Part shown: positions 27,760 through 39,326 of the stretch, in pieces
How positions within the stretch are numbered: position 1 is the stretch's first letter
Layout of the letters: each line of letters opens with the position of its first letter
Assembly (NCBI GenBank): GCA_035465735.1
Contig: DATIVQ010000004.1
Coordinates: 1-45,001, forward strand
Direction: 5' to 3'
Origin: Rudaea sp.
GTDB lineage: Bacteria; Pseudomonadota; Gammaproteobacteria; Xanthomonadales; Rhodanobacteraceae
Length of the DNA: 45,001 nt
Notes under the pieces: model-generated
What the model was told of the DNA's origin: nothing
The model's database searches: none
The model's input: only the letters and a program-made list of their open reading frames with translations
Position numbers and translations under genes: made by a program

Positions 27760-28148
27760 TCGGACAAATACGCGATTGCCGCCGTCGCCGATTCGCGATC
27801 GGCGTCGTCGAATGACGCGACCGTCACGTTTTCGATCGTTGCCGCGTCGAGACAGCGCACATTGACATCAATTCCGCCCGGATTCGAACGCGGCACGTAG
27901 AACGACTTGACCCCGCAAACGCGGCAGAACCGGTGCCGGGCAACACCGGAATTGAATGTGTACTCGGTCAGATGCTCGGCGCCTTGCAGCAGGCGAAAGC
28001 GCGCCGCCGGCACGATCAGATGCAGGTACCCGCTCATCCCGCAGATCGAGCAATTGCAGTCCAGGGCCTGGATCCGTGCCGGGGCGTCCACTTCGAAGCG
28101 CACCCGGCCGCAATGGCAGCCGCCGCAATGGATGATCAATGCGCTCAT
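27756..28148 (-). CDS. GFA/CENP-V family Zn protein
   Basis: GGCHCGRVRFE, DCNCSIC, HRFCRVCG, VNVRCLD. Confidence 0.92.
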   Translation of the reverse strand: MSALIIHCGGCHCGRVRFEVDAPARIQALDCNCSICGMSGYLHLIVPAARFRLLQGAEHLTEYTFNSGVARHRFCRVCGVKSFYVPRSNPGGIDVNVRCLDAATIENVTVASFDDADRESATAAIAYLSD

Positions 28149-28792
28149 CGACCCGGAAGTACATACCAGAGCACCGCAAAATACTGCAGGACGCTGCCGC
28201 CGAGCACGAACAGGTGCCAGATCGCGTGGTGGAAGCGCAGGCTGCGCCATACGTAGAACAGCACGCCGACCGTGTAGCTCACGCCGCCACCGAACAGCAG
28301 CCACAGTCCGGGCGTCGGCAGTGCGGCGACCAGCGGCTTGAGCGCGATGAGACCGACCCAGCCGATGGCGATGTACAACGCGACGCGCACTCCGCGCGCA
28401 TGCCGCCATGCGCTCAGTTCGAACATCGCACCGAACGTGGCCAGCACCCACACGAGGCTGAACAAGCTCCATCCCCAGACGCCGCGCAAGGCGATGAGCA
28501 CGAACGGCGTGTATGTGCCGGCGATGAGCAGGAAGATCGCGACGTGATCGAGCGTGCGCAGCAGGCGCTTGGCATCCGGGGCGCGCACGCCGTGGTACAG
28601 CGTGGACGTGGCATAGACGAGGATGAGCGTGACGCCATAGACCAGGCACGAGGCGGTTTCGCCGACGCCGCCTGCGGCCGCCATGAGCGTGAACAGTCCG
28701 CCCACGCTGAGCAGCAGGCCGAAGCCGTGGGTGAGACTGTTGGCGAGTTCCTCGCCGGGGGTGTAGCGCATTGCCGCGGAATCGGCGTCCAT
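28145..28792 (-). CDS. trhA: Hemolysin III / PAQR family membrane protein
   Basis: EELANSLTHG, STLYH, LDHVAIFLLIAGTYTP, HAIWHLFVLGGS. Confidence 0.93.
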   Translation of the reverse strand: MDADSAAMRYTPGEELANSLTHGFGLLLSVGGLFTLMAAAGGVGETASCLVYGVTLILVYATSTLYHGVRAPDAKRLLRTLDHVAIFLLIAGTYTPFVLIALRGVWGWSLFSLVWVLATFGAMFELSAWRHARGVRVALYIAIGWVGLIALKPLVAALPTPGLWLLFGGGVSYTVGVLFYVWRSLRFHHAIWHLFVLGGSVLQYFAVLWYVLPGR

Positions 28793-28825
28793 TGCCGCAC
28801 CCTAGCGGCTTTCATGTCGCGCCGC

Positions 28826-28859
28826 AACAAAACACGCGGCGCCCACGCGGGCGCCGCGT
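28826..28859 (-). terminator. Rho-independent terminator
   Basis: 11-bp stem ACGCGGCGCCC/GGGCGCCGCGT with 4-nt loop, followed on the minus strand by GTTTTGTT; 17 nt after the stop at 28877. Confidence 0.8.
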
Positions 28860-28876
28860 CCGGATCCGCGTCGCGC

Positions 28877-29323
28877 TCAGTGCGCGCGCGTGATGGTGAA
28901 TTTGCCGAAGGAAATGCCGAGGTTCACGCCCTCGCCACTGCCGGCCAGCGCCAGCGAGACATTGCCCTTGGTCAGCACCTGTGCGATGCCAGACTTGACC
29001 ACGCCGGCGTTCGCTTCGCCCTGGGCATAGCTGCCGAACAGCTCGCCGGTGTCGTACACCTGCGAGAACTTGCCGCTGCCGCCTTCGACCTTGTATTTGC
29101 CGGCGGTGAGGCCGCCGCCGACGGCAACGATGTGCACGCGGAACGAACGCCCGTTGTTGCAGGTGATGGTTCCGCCGCCTTCCGCATGCTTGTAGATCGC
29201 GGCCCATCCGGTGAGGTTGAAGCGCATTTCGCAATCAATCTGGCCGGCGGCATGGGCGCGTGCGGAATGCAGCGCTGACGCGGCGAGCAGAACGGATGCG
29301 GCGAGTACGGGAATGCTGCGCAT
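28877..29323 (-). CDS. Secreted hypothetical protein (Gly-rich, two Cys)
   Basis: AAGGAG RBS, signal peptide MRSIPVLAASVLLAAS...AHA, host-like codon usage and its own terminator. Confidence 0.8.
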   Translation of the reverse strand: MRSIPVLAASVLLAASALHSARAHAAGQIDCEMRFNLTGWAAIYKHAEGGGTITCNNGRSFRVHIVAVGGGLTAGKYKVEGGSGKFSQVYDTGELFGSYAQGEANAGVVKSGIAQVLTKGNVSLALAGSGEGVNLGISFGKFTITRAH

Positions 29324-29460
29324 GACGATTCTCCTTGTGTTGGAACCGGGGCGAAGTCTCGCGCAGCGGGCCTGAACACACAACAACACGCGTGCCGGAT
29401 TGCGGAACTTTCGCGTTTGGCGCGTTAAGCTAATGTTCGAGCTTCGGGGGAGGAACCGCC

Positions 29461-30285
29461 ATGTCCGCATTCGACATACTCGTGCACCTGCGCGAAACCC
29501 GCGGCGAGCCGATCGCCGCACGCGCGGCCTTCGCACTCGCCCGCCGTCTCGACGCCTATCTGTACGGACTCACCGTGGCGCCGCTCGGCGCGGTCGCGTT
29601 CAGCACGCCCGAGACCGTGGTGTTCCAGGTCCACGAAGCCGACCGCCTGTACGCCGAAGCGCGAACCCAAGGCACGTGGTGGCGCGACCTGCTTGCGGCG
29701 CATGGCGCGCGCGGCGAATGGCTGGTCGCGCAAGGCGAGGCGGTCGAAGCGTTGTGCCACAGCGCGCGCTGGTGCGATTTCGTGGTGGCTGAGCGGCCCA
29801 CGCTCAACCCCGACGCGCCAACTGGATGGGGCACGGTTTCGCGCACGGTTTTCGGCGCCGGTGTGCCCGTGCTCGTGGTGCCCGAATCGGCCAAACTCGC
29901 CACGCTCGGCGAGCGCGTGCTGGTGGCCTGGAACCACAGCCGCGAGGCGATGCTGGCGATCCACGGCGCGTTGCCGGTGCTCGCGCGCGCGGCGCAGGTG
30001 ACGATTCTCGACGGTGCGGCGCAGGACGACGAACTCGGCACGCGGCACCTGCCGCGGCTGGATTTGCCCGCGTGGCTGGAGCGCCGCGGCGTGCGCGCGC
30101 AAGTGCGCGAATTCGCGCCGAAGGGCGACTACGGTGCAAACATTCTCGCGCAAGCGCGCGAGATGCAGGCCGACCTGATCGTGATGGGCGCCTGGGGCCA
30201 CTCGCGCATCGCCCAACTTGTGCTCGGCGGAGCGACGCGCTACCTGTTCCAGAACAGTGACCTGCCGTTGCTCGTCGCGCACTAG
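29461..30285 (+). CDS. Universal stress protein (tandem USP)
   Basis: GGAGGA RBS, DILVHL, VPVLVVP, VLVAWNHSREA, ADLIVMGAWGHSR, LGGATR, LPLLVAH. Confidence 0.92.
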   Translation: MSAFDILVHLRETRGEPIAARAAFALARRLDAYLYGLTVAPLGAVAFSTPETVVFQVHEADRLYAEARTQGTWWRDLLAAHGARGEWLVAQGEAVEALCHSARWCDFVVAERPTLNPDAPTGWGTVSRTVFGAGVPVLVVPESAKLATLGERVLVAWNHSREAMLAIHGALPVLARAAQVTILDGAAQDDELGTRHLPRLDLPAWLERRGVRAQVREFAPKGDYGANILAQAREMQADLIVMGAWGHSRIAQLVLGGATRYLFQNSDLPLLVAH

Positions 30286-30518
30286 TCGACGCAGACCAGC
30301 GGCCGCCGCCGGGTAGACGGCGGATATTTTTCCAGCGCGGCCAGTGGCCGAATCGGCCGCGCGGTGAAATTCCCGCCACAATTCGGGCACACGCCGTGCA
30401 GGCGTTCGCGCACGCAGTCCGCGCAAAACGTGCACTCGAAAGAACAGATCATGGCGTCTGCCGCGTCGGCCGGCAGCCGCTTGCCGCAACACTCGCAGTG
30501 GCTGCGCAATTCAAGCAT
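30282..30518 (-). CDS. DUF1272 family small Cys-rich protein
   Basis: MLELRSHCECC...ICSFECTFCADC...CPNCGG..RPIRP. Confidence 0.88.
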   Translation of the reverse strand: MLELRSHCECCGKRLPADAADAMICSFECTFCADCVRERLHGVCPNCGGNFTARPIRPLAALEKYPPSTRRRPLVCVD

Positions 30519-31023
30519 GACCGCGCTGCCGGTGCTTGCCGCTCGCCGCCGGCAAATGCAGCAGTGCGCGCAGCTTCGCCTCGACCTGCGCCGGTTCGTC
30601 GCCGCCGCTGCGCCGGTAAACGATCTCGCCCTTGGCATCGACGAGGAAAAGCCCGGGCGTGCCCTCCACACCGTACGCATCGGCGATCGCATCGCCGTTG
30701 CGCACCAGCGTGAAGGTCAGGTGGCGCTCGCGCAGGGTCGCCGCCGGATGGCCGTCGTCCTTGATGTCGATGGCGTAGACATCCAGCTTCGACCTGCCTG
30801 CCGCATCGTAAACGTCCTGCAGATACGGCATCAGCGCCTCGCAGTAGGGGCACCATGTGGCCCAGAACAGGAGCAGCGCCGGACGGTGCAGATGGTGCGG
30901 GTCGAAACGGATTTCGCGCCCGTCAGCGCTCTTGCCCTGCCAGGCCAATGCGGGCCTGGACGCGAATGCCGGCAGCGCAGCCAGACACAAAAAGAATGCG
31001 CAAAGCAGGCGACTCATCCGCAT
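30511..31023 (-). CDS. TlpA-like thiol-disulfide oxidoreductase
   Basis: Signal peptide, LLFWATWCPYC, YGVEGTPGLFLVDAKG. Confidence 0.9.
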   Translation of the reverse strand: MRMSRLLCAFFLCLAALPAFASRPALAWQGKSADGREIRFDPHHLHRPALLLFWATWCPYCEALMPYLQDVYDAAGRSKLDVYAIDIKDDGHPAATLRERHLTFTLVRNGDAIADAYGVEGTPGLFLVDAKGEIVYRRSGGDEPAQVEAKLRALLHLPAASGKHRQRGHA

Positions 31024-31177
31024 GGCGATCTCCTCGGCAATGCCGCCCACGCGACCAAAGCGGCATTGGAAACCTTACGCCATCGACGCGCGATTGGCGA
31101 GGATCCGCCGGCCAAAAAGGATTGAACGCCCGCGCGGCGCCCGGCATGCTAGGGCTTCCCACTCCCGGAATGACACG

Positions 31178-31885
31178 ATGCACACCGCTGCCGCGCCGCG
31201 CACCTACCGCTACTACGACTTCATCCTCGGCGCCTTCGTCTGCACGATCCTGTGCTCGAACCTGATCGGGCCGGCGAAGGTGGCGCAAGTGCACCTGCCG
31301 CTGATCGGGCACTTCACGTTTGGCGCGGGCGTGCTGTTCTTTCCGATCTCGTATATTTTCGGCGACATCCTGACCGAGGTTTACGGCTACGCGCGCGCGC
31401 GGCGCGTGATCTGGTCGGGACTCACCGCGCTCGTGTTCGCCTCGTTCATGGCCACCATTGTCGTCAAGCTGCCGCCGGCCGCCCACTGGCACGAGCAGGC
31501 CGCGTACGAGTCGATCTTCGGCCAGACCCCACGCATCGTGCTCGCCTCGATCACGGCATTCTTCTGCGGCGAGTTCGTGAACTCGTATACCTTGGCCAAA
31601 ATGAAAGTGTGGACGAACGGCAACGCGCTGTGGTCGCGCATCATCGGCTCGACCATCTGTGGTGAAGGCGTGGACTCGCTGGTGTTCTACCCCATGGCCT
31701 TTCTCGGCGTGTGGGACACCAGCCTGGTTCTCACCGTAATGGGGTCGAACTACGTGCTGAAGGTGCTATGGGAAGTGCTCGCCACGCCGCTCACCTACCG
31801 CGTTGTCGCCGCGCTCAAGCGCGCCGAGAGCGAGGACTACTACGACCGCGATACCAACTTCACGCCGTTTGCGCTGGGCACGTGA
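31178..31885 (+). CDS. yhhQ: Queuosine precursor transporter (Vut_1/YhhQ)
   Basis: SNLIG..K, GVLFFPISYIFGDILTEVYG, PRIVLAS, RIIGST..GEGVDS. Confidence 0.9.
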   Translation: MHTAAAPRTYRYYDFILGAFVCTILCSNLIGPAKVAQVHLPLIGHFTFGAGVLFFPISYIFGDILTEVYGYARARRVIWSGLTALVFASFMATIVVKLPPAAHWHEQAAYESIFGQTPRIVLASITAFFCGEFVNSYTLAKMKVWTNGNALWSRIIGSTICGEGVDSLVFYPMAFLGVWDTSLVLTVMGSNYVLKVLWEVLATPLTYRVVAALKRAESEDYYDRDTNFTPFALGT

Positions 31886-31920
31886 GCGTCGCCAACGCAA
31901 AAATTCACCGGGAGAAAGTC

Positions 31921-32388
31921 ATGTACAAGTTCCTGGCACTGGCCGCGATCGCGCTGCTTTCGATGCACGCAGCCGCGCAGGAACCGCGCCTGCACGGCAA
32001 TCTCGGCGCCGCGCGCGCCATCGTCAAGGCGGATGGCGATTTCGCCGCGCAAGCGGCGCGGGACGGTACCGCCAAGGCATTCGCCGACTGGATGGATGCG
32101 GTGGACGGCGTGATCTACGGCGGCGGATCGAACCCGTCCATCGGTCGCGACGCGATCTACCGGAAGATGGGCGGCGACGCGCCGGACGCGAACGTGCTGG
32201 CCTGGCACCCACTGGAGGTATTCGCCGCCAGGGCCGGCGACATGGGCGTCTCGCGCGGGCGCTGGACCTCGACGCCGAAGGCCGGCGGCAAGTCCGTCGG
32301 CGGCAGCTACGTGACCGTATGGCGACGCAACGCAAAGGGCGAGTGGAAGGGTCTGATCGACATCGGCAATGCCGATCCGGCGCACTGA
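31921..32388 (+). CDS. Exported SnoaL/NTF2-like (DUF4440/YybH-like) protein
   Basis: Signal peptide; GRDAI, LAWHP, AGDMGVSRGRW, GSYVTVWRR, WKGLIDIG. Confidence 0.8.
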   Translation: MYKFLALAAIALLSMHAAAQEPRLHGNLGAARAIVKADGDFAAQAARDGTAKAFADWMDAVDGVIYGGGSNPSIGRDAIYRKMGGDAPDANVLAWHPLEVFAARAGDMGVSRGRWTSTPKAGGKSVGGSYVTVWRRNAKGEWKGLIDIGNADPAH

Positions 32389-32409
32389 GCCGGATCAATC
32401 CAGCCCGAT

Positions 32410-33345
32410 TCAATCCAGTGCATAGCTGAACTGCTGCCGGAACTGGTCGGCGAATTCGGCGTAGGTGAAGCGCTGGTTCTGCGTGCCGGGGTGTTCGACT
32501 TTCAGGGCGCCCATCAGCGAGGCCATGCGCCCGCAGGTGGCCAGGTCCATGCCACGCATCAGGCCGAAGATCAGGCCGGCGCGGTAGGCATCGCCGCAGC
32601 CGGTCGGATCGGATACGCGGCGCTCGTGTGCGGGCGGGATGTCGATGGTTTCCTTCTTCGTGTGGATCAGCGAACCCTTGGGTCCGCGCGTGACAATGTA
32701 GGCATCGACGCGTTCGGCGATCTGCCGCTCGTTCCAGCCCGTCGCGCGCTGCAACAGGTTGGATTCGTAATCGTTCACCGTGACATAGCGCGCCTTGTCG
32801 ATGAAATCGCGGAATTCCTCGCCATTGAACAGCGGCATGGCCTGACCGGGATCGAAAATGAAAGGAATACTCCGTTCGGCGAATTCGGCCGCGTGCTGCA
32901 GCATCGCCTCGCGCCCGTCCGGGCCGACGATGCCGAAAGCGACGTCGGGCACATCGCCCACATGGTTTTCGAAACTGCGCATCATCGCGCCGGGATGGAA
33001 GGCGGTGATCTGGTTGTCGTCGAGGTCGGTGGTGATGAAGGCCTGGGCGGTGAACAGATCCTCGATGGTGCGCACCTGCGACAGGTCGATGCCGCAACGT
33101 GTGAAGTGTTCGCGATACGGGCCGAAATCCTGGCCGACTGTGCCCATCGGCACCGGATGGCCGTCGAGCAGTTTCAGGTTGTAGCTGATGTTGCCCGCGC
33201 AACCGCCGAACTCGCGGCGCATGCGCGGCACCAGGAAGGCGACATTGAGCATGTGCACCTTGTCCGGCAGGATGTGGTTCTTGAACTGGTCCTGGAACAC
33301 CATGATGGTGTCGTAGGCAAGCGAACCGCAAATCAGGGCTTTCAT
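32410..33345 (-). CDS. PfkB-family kinase (adenosine kinase-like)
   Basis: CGSLAYDTIM, FGGCAGNI, FDPGQ, VNDYE, DPTGCGDAYRAG. Confidence 0.92.
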   Translation of the reverse strand: MKALICGSLAYDTIMVFQDQFKNHILPDKVHMLNVAFLVPRMRREFGGCAGNISYNLKLLDGHPVPMGTVGQDFGPYREHFTRCGIDLSQVRTIEDLFTAQAFITTDLDDNQITAFHPGAMMRSFENHVGDVPDVAFGIVGPDGREAMLQHAAEFAERSIPFIFDPGQAMPLFNGEEFRDFIDKARYVTVNDYESNLLQRATGWNERQIAERVDAYIVTRGPKGSLIHTKKETIDIPPAHERRVSDPTGCGDAYRAGLIFGLMRGMDLATCGRMASLMGALKVEHPGTQNQRFTYAEFADQFRQQFSYALD

Positions 33346-33394
33346 CGGGAATTCCGGCGGGAAGCAAAGCGCGTATTGTCGCAGATTCGGTGCT

Positions 33395-34828
33395 TTACCT
33401 GAGCCGGTCCCGCAGCAGCGCATTCAAGTGTTGCGGATTGCCCTGCCCGCGCAGGCGCTTCATGGCCTGGCCGACGAAGAATTGCAACAGCTTTTCGTTG
33501 CCACCGCGGTACTCGGCAAGCTGCTTCGGGAATTCCGCGATCACCGCGTCGACGGCGGCGGTAAGTGCACCTGCATCGGATATCTGCCTGAGGCCGCGCT
33601 TTTCGATGATCGCATCGGCATCACCTTCGCCCGCCCACATCGCGGCGAAGACATCCTTGGCGATCTTGCCGGAGATCGTGCCGTCGGCGATGCGTGCGAG
33701 CAGACCCGCGAGCGCAGGCGCGGGCACACGCGCAGATTCGAGGGCCAGACCATCTGCATTCAACGCGGCAGTGAGTTCGCCCAATACCCAGTTCGCACAG
33801 GCCTTGGATTCGTTCGGCAACACGACCCGCATGGCCTCGAAGTAGTCCGCGGTCGCCTTGTCGGTGCACAGCTGCGCGGCGTCGGATTCGGGCAGGCCCA
33901 ATTTTTCGATGTAGCGCTGCCGACGCGCATCGGGCAATTCCGGCATGGCCGCACGCACCGCCTCGACATCGGCGTCGGACACCGACAGCGGCGGCAGGTC
34001 AGGATCCGGAAAATAGCGATAGTCGTCGGCATCTTCCTTGCCGCGCATGGGCAAGGTGCGGTGCGCCGCGGCGTCGTAGAGGCGCGTTTCCTGCACGATG
34101 GCCTCGCCATTTTCCAGTGCGCGAATCTGGCGCTCGATCTCGTATTCGATCGCCTTCTCGACGAAGCGGAACGAGTTGACGTTCTTGATCTCGGTGCGCG
34201 TGCCGAGCTTGTCCGTGCCCGTGCGCCGCACCGACACGTTCGCGTCGCAGCGGAAGGAACCTTCGGCCATGTTGCCGTCGCACACGCCGAGCCAGCGCAC
34301 CAGGGTGTGCACCGCGCGCAAGTAGGCGACCGCATCCTGCGCCGAATGCAGCACCGGCGCGGAGACGATTTCGAGCAGGGGCACGCCGGCGCGGTTGAAG
34401 TCCAAACCGGTGGCAGCGTGGAAGGCGTCATGCAGCGACTTTCCGGCGTCTTCCTCCAGGTGCGCGCGCTGGATTTCGACTTCCAGACAGCGCCCGTCGT
34501 CCATGTGCACGGCCAGCCGGCCATCGGCCACGATCGGCAACTCGTACTGGCTGATCTGGTAGCCCTTGGGCAAGTCGGGATAAAAATAATTCTTGCGCGC
34601 GAACACACTGCGCCGCGCGATCGTCGCATTCACCGCGAGGCCGAAGGCGATAGCCTTGTCCAATGCGGCACGGTTCGGCACCGGCAAGGTGCCCGGCATG
34701 GCGACGTCAAGCAGCGCCGCCTGCGTGTTCGGCTCGGCGCCATGCGCCGTCGACGCGCCGGAAAAGAGTTTGCTCATCGTGGAAAGCTGGGCGTGGATTT
34801 CCAGGCCGATGACGCTCTGCCAGCTCAT
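33395..34828 (-). CDS. gatB: Asp/Glu-tRNA amidotransferase subunit B
   Basis: [59 protein letters not shown]. Confidence 0.97.
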   Translation of the reverse strand: MSWQSVIGLEIHAQLSTMSKLFSGASTAHGAEPNTQAALLDVAMPGTLPVPNRAALDKAIAFGLAVNATIARRSVFARKNYFYPDLPKGYQISQYELPIVADGRLAVHMDDGRCLEVEIQRAHLEEDAGKSLHDAFHAATGLDFNRAGVPLLEIVSAPVLHSAQDAVAYLRAVHTLVRWLGVCDGNMAEGSFRCDANVSVRRTGTDKLGTRTEIKNVNSFRFVEKAIEYEIERQIRALENGEAIVQETRLYDAAAHRTLPMRGKEDADDYRYFPDPDLPPLSVSDADVEAVRAAMPELPDARRQRYIEKLGLPESDAAQLCTDKATADYFEAMRVVLPNESKACANWVLGELTAALNADGLALESARVPAPALAGLLARIADGTISGKIAKDVFAAMWAGEGDADAIIEKRGLRQISDAGALTAAVDAVIAEFPKQLAEYRGGNEKLLQFFVGQAMKRLRGQGNPQHLNALLRDRLR

Positions 34829-36258
34829 GCGCGCGGCTCCCGAAGGTGCCAATCGGTGGCGAGCTGGAACTGATGGGCTGCCGACAACAAACGCGATTCG
34901 GCGAAGGCCGGCGCGATCAGTTGCAGTCCGACCGGCAATCCTTCGCTGAAACCGGCGGGTATCGAAATTGCCGGAAGCCCGGCGAGATTCACGGCGACGG
35001 TATTCACGTCGGCCGCGTACATCGCCAGCGGGTCGGCGGTCTTCTCGCCAAGCTTGAAGGCGACGGTCGGCGCGGTCGGACCGGCGATCAGATCGACCTG
35101 CTTGAACGCCTCGGCGAAATCGTTCGCGATGGCACGCCGGGCACGCTGCGCACGCAGGTAGTAGGCGTCGTAGTAACCCGCCGACAGAGCATAGGTGCCG
35201 ACGAGGATGCGGCGCTTGACCTCGGCGCCGAAGCCTTCGCCGCGGCTGCGCACGTACAGATCCTCGAGCGACAGCGGATCGGCGCAACGATGTCCATACC
35301 GCACGCCGTCGTAGCGCGCCAGATTGCTTGAGGCTTCCGCCGGTGCGATCACGTAGTAGGCGGGAATCGCCAGATGCGCATTCGGCAGAGAAACATCGAC
35401 CAGCGTCGCGCCGAGCGTTTCGCATTGCCCGAGCGCCGCCTGCACCGCCGCGCCGATGCCGGCATCCACGCCCGCGCCGAAATATTCGCGCACGATGCCG
35501 ATTTTCATGCCTTGCAGCGTTGCGGAAATTGCCGCATTGTAGTTGTCGATTCCGCGCGCCACGCTGGTCGCGTCGCGCGGGTCGTGCCCCGCCATCGCGG
35601 AAAGCACATGCATGCAGTCTTCGGCGCTGCGCGCGAGCACACCGGCGCAATCAAGGCTCGATGCGTAGGCGATCATGCCGAAGCGCGAGACGCGGCCGTA
35701 GGTGGGTTTCAATCCGGTGATACCGCAGAACGCCGCGGGCTGGCGCACCGATCCACCGGTGTCGGTGCCGGTCGCGAACGGCACGATGCCGGCGGCGACC
35801 ACGGCGGCGGATCCGCCCGAGGAACCGCCGGGTACGCGCGTTGCGTCCCACGGATTCCTGACCGCGCCGAAGCACGAATTCTCGCTCGACGAGCCCATCG
35901 CGAACTCGTCCATGTTGGTCTTGCCGATCGACACCGCATGCACATCGCGCAGGTGTTCGACCACGCCGGCGTCGTACGGCGGCACGAAATTTTCGAGCAT
36001 GCGCGAGGCACACGTGGTGCGCACGCCATTCGTGCAAAAGATGTCCTTGTGCGCGAAGGGAATGCCGACCAGCGACCCATTGGGAAACCGCCCGTCGGCG
36101 CGCTGCGCGGCGGCAAGAGCCCCAGCTTCGTCGAGCGTGATGAAGGCATTCAAGTCGACGCGCGCACGTGCGCGCGCGAGCGCTGCCTGCGCCAGTTCAG
36201 TCGCGGAAGTCTTGCGTGCGCGCAGGTCCTGCGCGAGTTGCGCGATGCTCGATGCCAT
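34825..36258 (-). CDS. gatA: Asp/Glu-tRNA amidotransferase subunit A
   Basis: [32 protein letters not shown] amidase signature, SNLARYDG. Confidence 0.97.
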   Translation of the reverse strand: MASSIAQLAQDLRARKTSATELAQAALARARARVDLNAFITLDEAGALAAAQRADGRFPNGSLVGIPFAHKDIFCTNGVRTTCASRMLENFVPPYDAGVVEHLRDVHAVSIGKTNMDEFAMGSSSENSCFGAVRNPWDATRVPGGSSGGSAAVVAAGIVPFATGTDTGGSVRQPAAFCGITGLKPTYGRVSRFGMIAYASSLDCAGVLARSAEDCMHVLSAMAGHDPRDATSVARGIDNYNAAISATLQGMKIGIVREYFGAGVDAGIGAAVQAALGQCETLGATLVDVSLPNAHLAIPAYYVIAPAEASSNLARYDGVRYGHRCADPLSLEDLYVRSRGEGFGAEVKRRILVGTYALSAGYYDAYYLRAQRARRAIANDFAEAFKQVDLIAGPTAPTVAFKLGEKTADPLAMYAADVNTVAVNLAGLPAISIPAGFSEGLPVGLQLIAPAFAESRLLSAAHQFQLATDWHLREPRA

Positions 36259-36267
36259 GCCCGTCGT

Positions 36268-36555
36268 CTACCCGATGACCTTGGGCACGGCGTATAGCCC
36301 GGCACGCGCATCCGGCGCCAATGCCAGCAAGGCATCCGCGCGATCGGATTCGGTGACCGCATCGGCGCGCCAGGCCAGCGTTTGCGCGTGCGGGTGCGCC
36401 ATCGGTTCGACGCCGTCGAGCGGCGCATCCGCCAGTTGTCCCGCCAGTTCGAGTACGCGCGAAAGGTCGACGGCAGCTTGCGCCGAATCCTGCGCCTGTA
36501 TCGGCAGGCGTGCGAGCCGGGCGATGCGGGCGACGGTGGCAGTGTCGATGGCCAT
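36268..36555 (-). CDS. gatC: Asp/Glu-tRNA amidotransferase subunit C
   Basis: VARIARLARL, GVEPMAHP, RADAV, YAVPKVI; first gene before gatA. Confidence 0.95.
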   Translation of the reverse strand: MAIDTATVARIARLARLPIQAQDSAQAAVDLSRVLELAGQLADAPLDGVEPMAHPHAQTLAWRADAVTESDRADALLALAPDARAGLYAVPKVIG

Positions 36556-36641
36556 GGGCGATCCGGGAATGAGCGGGCGACGATATCACGACACGATTGT
36601 CGCGACGAGGCATGGAAAACGTGCCGCAAGCCGCATTTTAA

Positions 36642-37772
<1,131 letters not shown>

Positions 37773-37801
37773 GGCCCAAAGTTTCGTAAACTGCGCTCAC
37801 C

Positions 37802-38731
37802 ATGGCGCTGACTCGCAACGACACCGCACCGCTGTTCAGTCCCGACACGGCAAACACGCTGCGCCTGATCATCTATCTGGCGCTGGCGATGCTCTTGATG
37901 GTCCTGGACCATCGCAATGGCTGGCTCCCGCGCGTGCGCTACGCCGCGAGCGCGGCAATCGAGCCGATGTACCGGCTCGCCGCGTTGCCCTCGCAACTGG
38001 CGCGCGAAGCCGGCGACGCGGTGGCCGACCGCAGGCGCCTGAACACGCGCAATGCCGAACTCGAGCGCGAGCTGCTGCTCGCGCAGGCGCGCCTGAACCG
38101 GCTGCAGACGGTGCGCGAGCAGAACGATCGCCTGCAACAATTGCTCGACGCGCAGCGCAGTCTGAATCTGGGCGTGCAGCTCGCCCGCATCATCGACGTG
38201 GATACCGATCCGTTCCGGCATCGCGTGGTCGTGAACGCCGGCGCACGCCAGGGCGTAACCGCGGGCGAGGCCGTGCTCGATGCGCACGGCGTGATGGGCC
38301 AGATCGTGGAAGTGTTGCCGGATATCTCCACCGTCATGCTGATCACCGATCCGGCGCATGCCCTGCCGGTCAAGAGCGAGCGCACGGGAATGCGCGCGAT
38401 CGCGCGCGGCACGGGCGCGCTGGATGCGCTGGAACTGCAGAATGTCCCGATCAGCGCCGACATCAAGCCCGGCGACAAGCTGGTCACCTCGGGCCTGGGC
38501 GGACATTTTCCCGCTGGATTCCCGGTCGGCAGCGTGCGCAGCATCCACGCCGATTCCAGCGGCATGTTCGCGGTAGCCGCGCTCGCGCCGAGCGCGGCGC
38601 TTGATCGCAGCGGCGAAGTGCTGATCCTGCACGACCTGCCCGATCCGGTCGGACCGCCGGCACCGGCGCCGGCGGAAGGACCGCCTGCATCGGCGCATGC
38701 GACCGATCCGGCCGCGGTGAAAAAACCATGA
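37802..38731 (+). CDS. mreC: Rod shape-determining protein MreC
   Basis: N-terminal transmembrane helix, coiled coil, GVMGQI, LITD, LVTSGLGGHFPAGFPVG. Confidence 0.95.
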   Translation: MALTRNDTAPLFSPDTANTLRLIIYLALAMLLMVLDHRNGWLPRVRYAASAAIEPMYRLAALPSQLAREAGDAVADRRRLNTRNAELERELLLAQARLNRLQTVREQNDRLQQLLDAQRSLNLGVQLARIIDVDTDPFRHRVVVNAGARQGVTAGEAVLDAHGVMGQIVEVLPDISTVMLITDPAHALPVKSERTGMRAIARGTGALDALELQNVPISADIKPGDKLVTSGLGGHFPAGFPVGSVRSIHADSSGMFAVAALAPSAALDRSGEVLILHDLPDPVGPPAPAPAEGPPASAHATDPAAVKKP

Positions 38732-38834
38732 GGCGAAATACCAAGCCAAGATCTCACCACCTCGTGCCCGCGCCCGCACGCGCGCGAGGGGGAGTGGCCG
38801 CCGCGCTGCGCGCGACATCGGCATGCCATCGAAG

Positions 38835-39326
38835 ATGAACCGCCTGCGCGCCAATGACTGGCTGTTCTGGGGCAGCGTGTTCGCCTGCTACCTGCTGCAA
38901 TTGATGCCGCTGCCGCAAGCCCTGCTGCCGCTCAAGCCCTGGTGGCTGGCCCTGGTGCTCGCCTACTGGACTCTGGAAGCGCCAGAACACGTGGGTCTTG
39001 GCCGAGCCTTCGTGCTCGGTCTGATCGGCGACCTTTTCGTCGGCGACCTGCTCGGCGAGCAGGCGCTGCGGCTTAGCATGTTCTGCTTCATCCTGATGCG
39101 CTTCCGCGCGCGCCTGCGCTTTTTTCCGATGTGGCAGCAGGCGCTGGCGTTGCTCGCCCTGCTCGTCAACGACCGCATCGTCCTTCTCGCGATCCGGGCG
39201 GTTGCGGGATTCACCGGCGCGCCACCGAGCTACTGGCTGGCACCGCTGGTCGGCATGCTGGCCTGGCCGTGGGTGTTCCTGCTGCTCGACGATGCACGCG
39301 CGCGCCTGCGCGCCCGCGAACCGTGA
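38835..39326 (+). CDS. mreD: Rod shape-determining protein MreD
   Basis: Hydrophobic; LVLAYW, GLIGDL, LLGEQAL, RFFPMWQQ. Alternative start at 38823. Confidence 0.93.
   Translation: MNRLRANDWLFWGSVFACYLLQLMPLPQALLPLKPWWLALVLAYWTLEAPEHVGLGRAFVLGLIGDLFVGDLLGEQALRLSMFCFILMRFRARLRFFPMWQQALALLALLVNDRIVLLAIRAVAGFTGAPPSYWLAPLVGMLAWPWVFLLLDDARARLRAREP

Noticed and set aside
26068-28570. trhA repeat pair as a diversity-generating retroelement TR/VR
   Set aside because: Differences are not adenine-specific, large deletions are present, and there is no reverse transcriptase in the window.
29324-29460. FNR box upstream of the universal stress protein gene
   Set aside because: No TTGAT-N4-ATCAA-like site was found.
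31024-31177. preQ1 riboswitch upstream of yhhQ
   Set aside because: No short stem with GGUUC loop and A-rich tail is recognisable. An Rfam scan would be needed to exclude variants.
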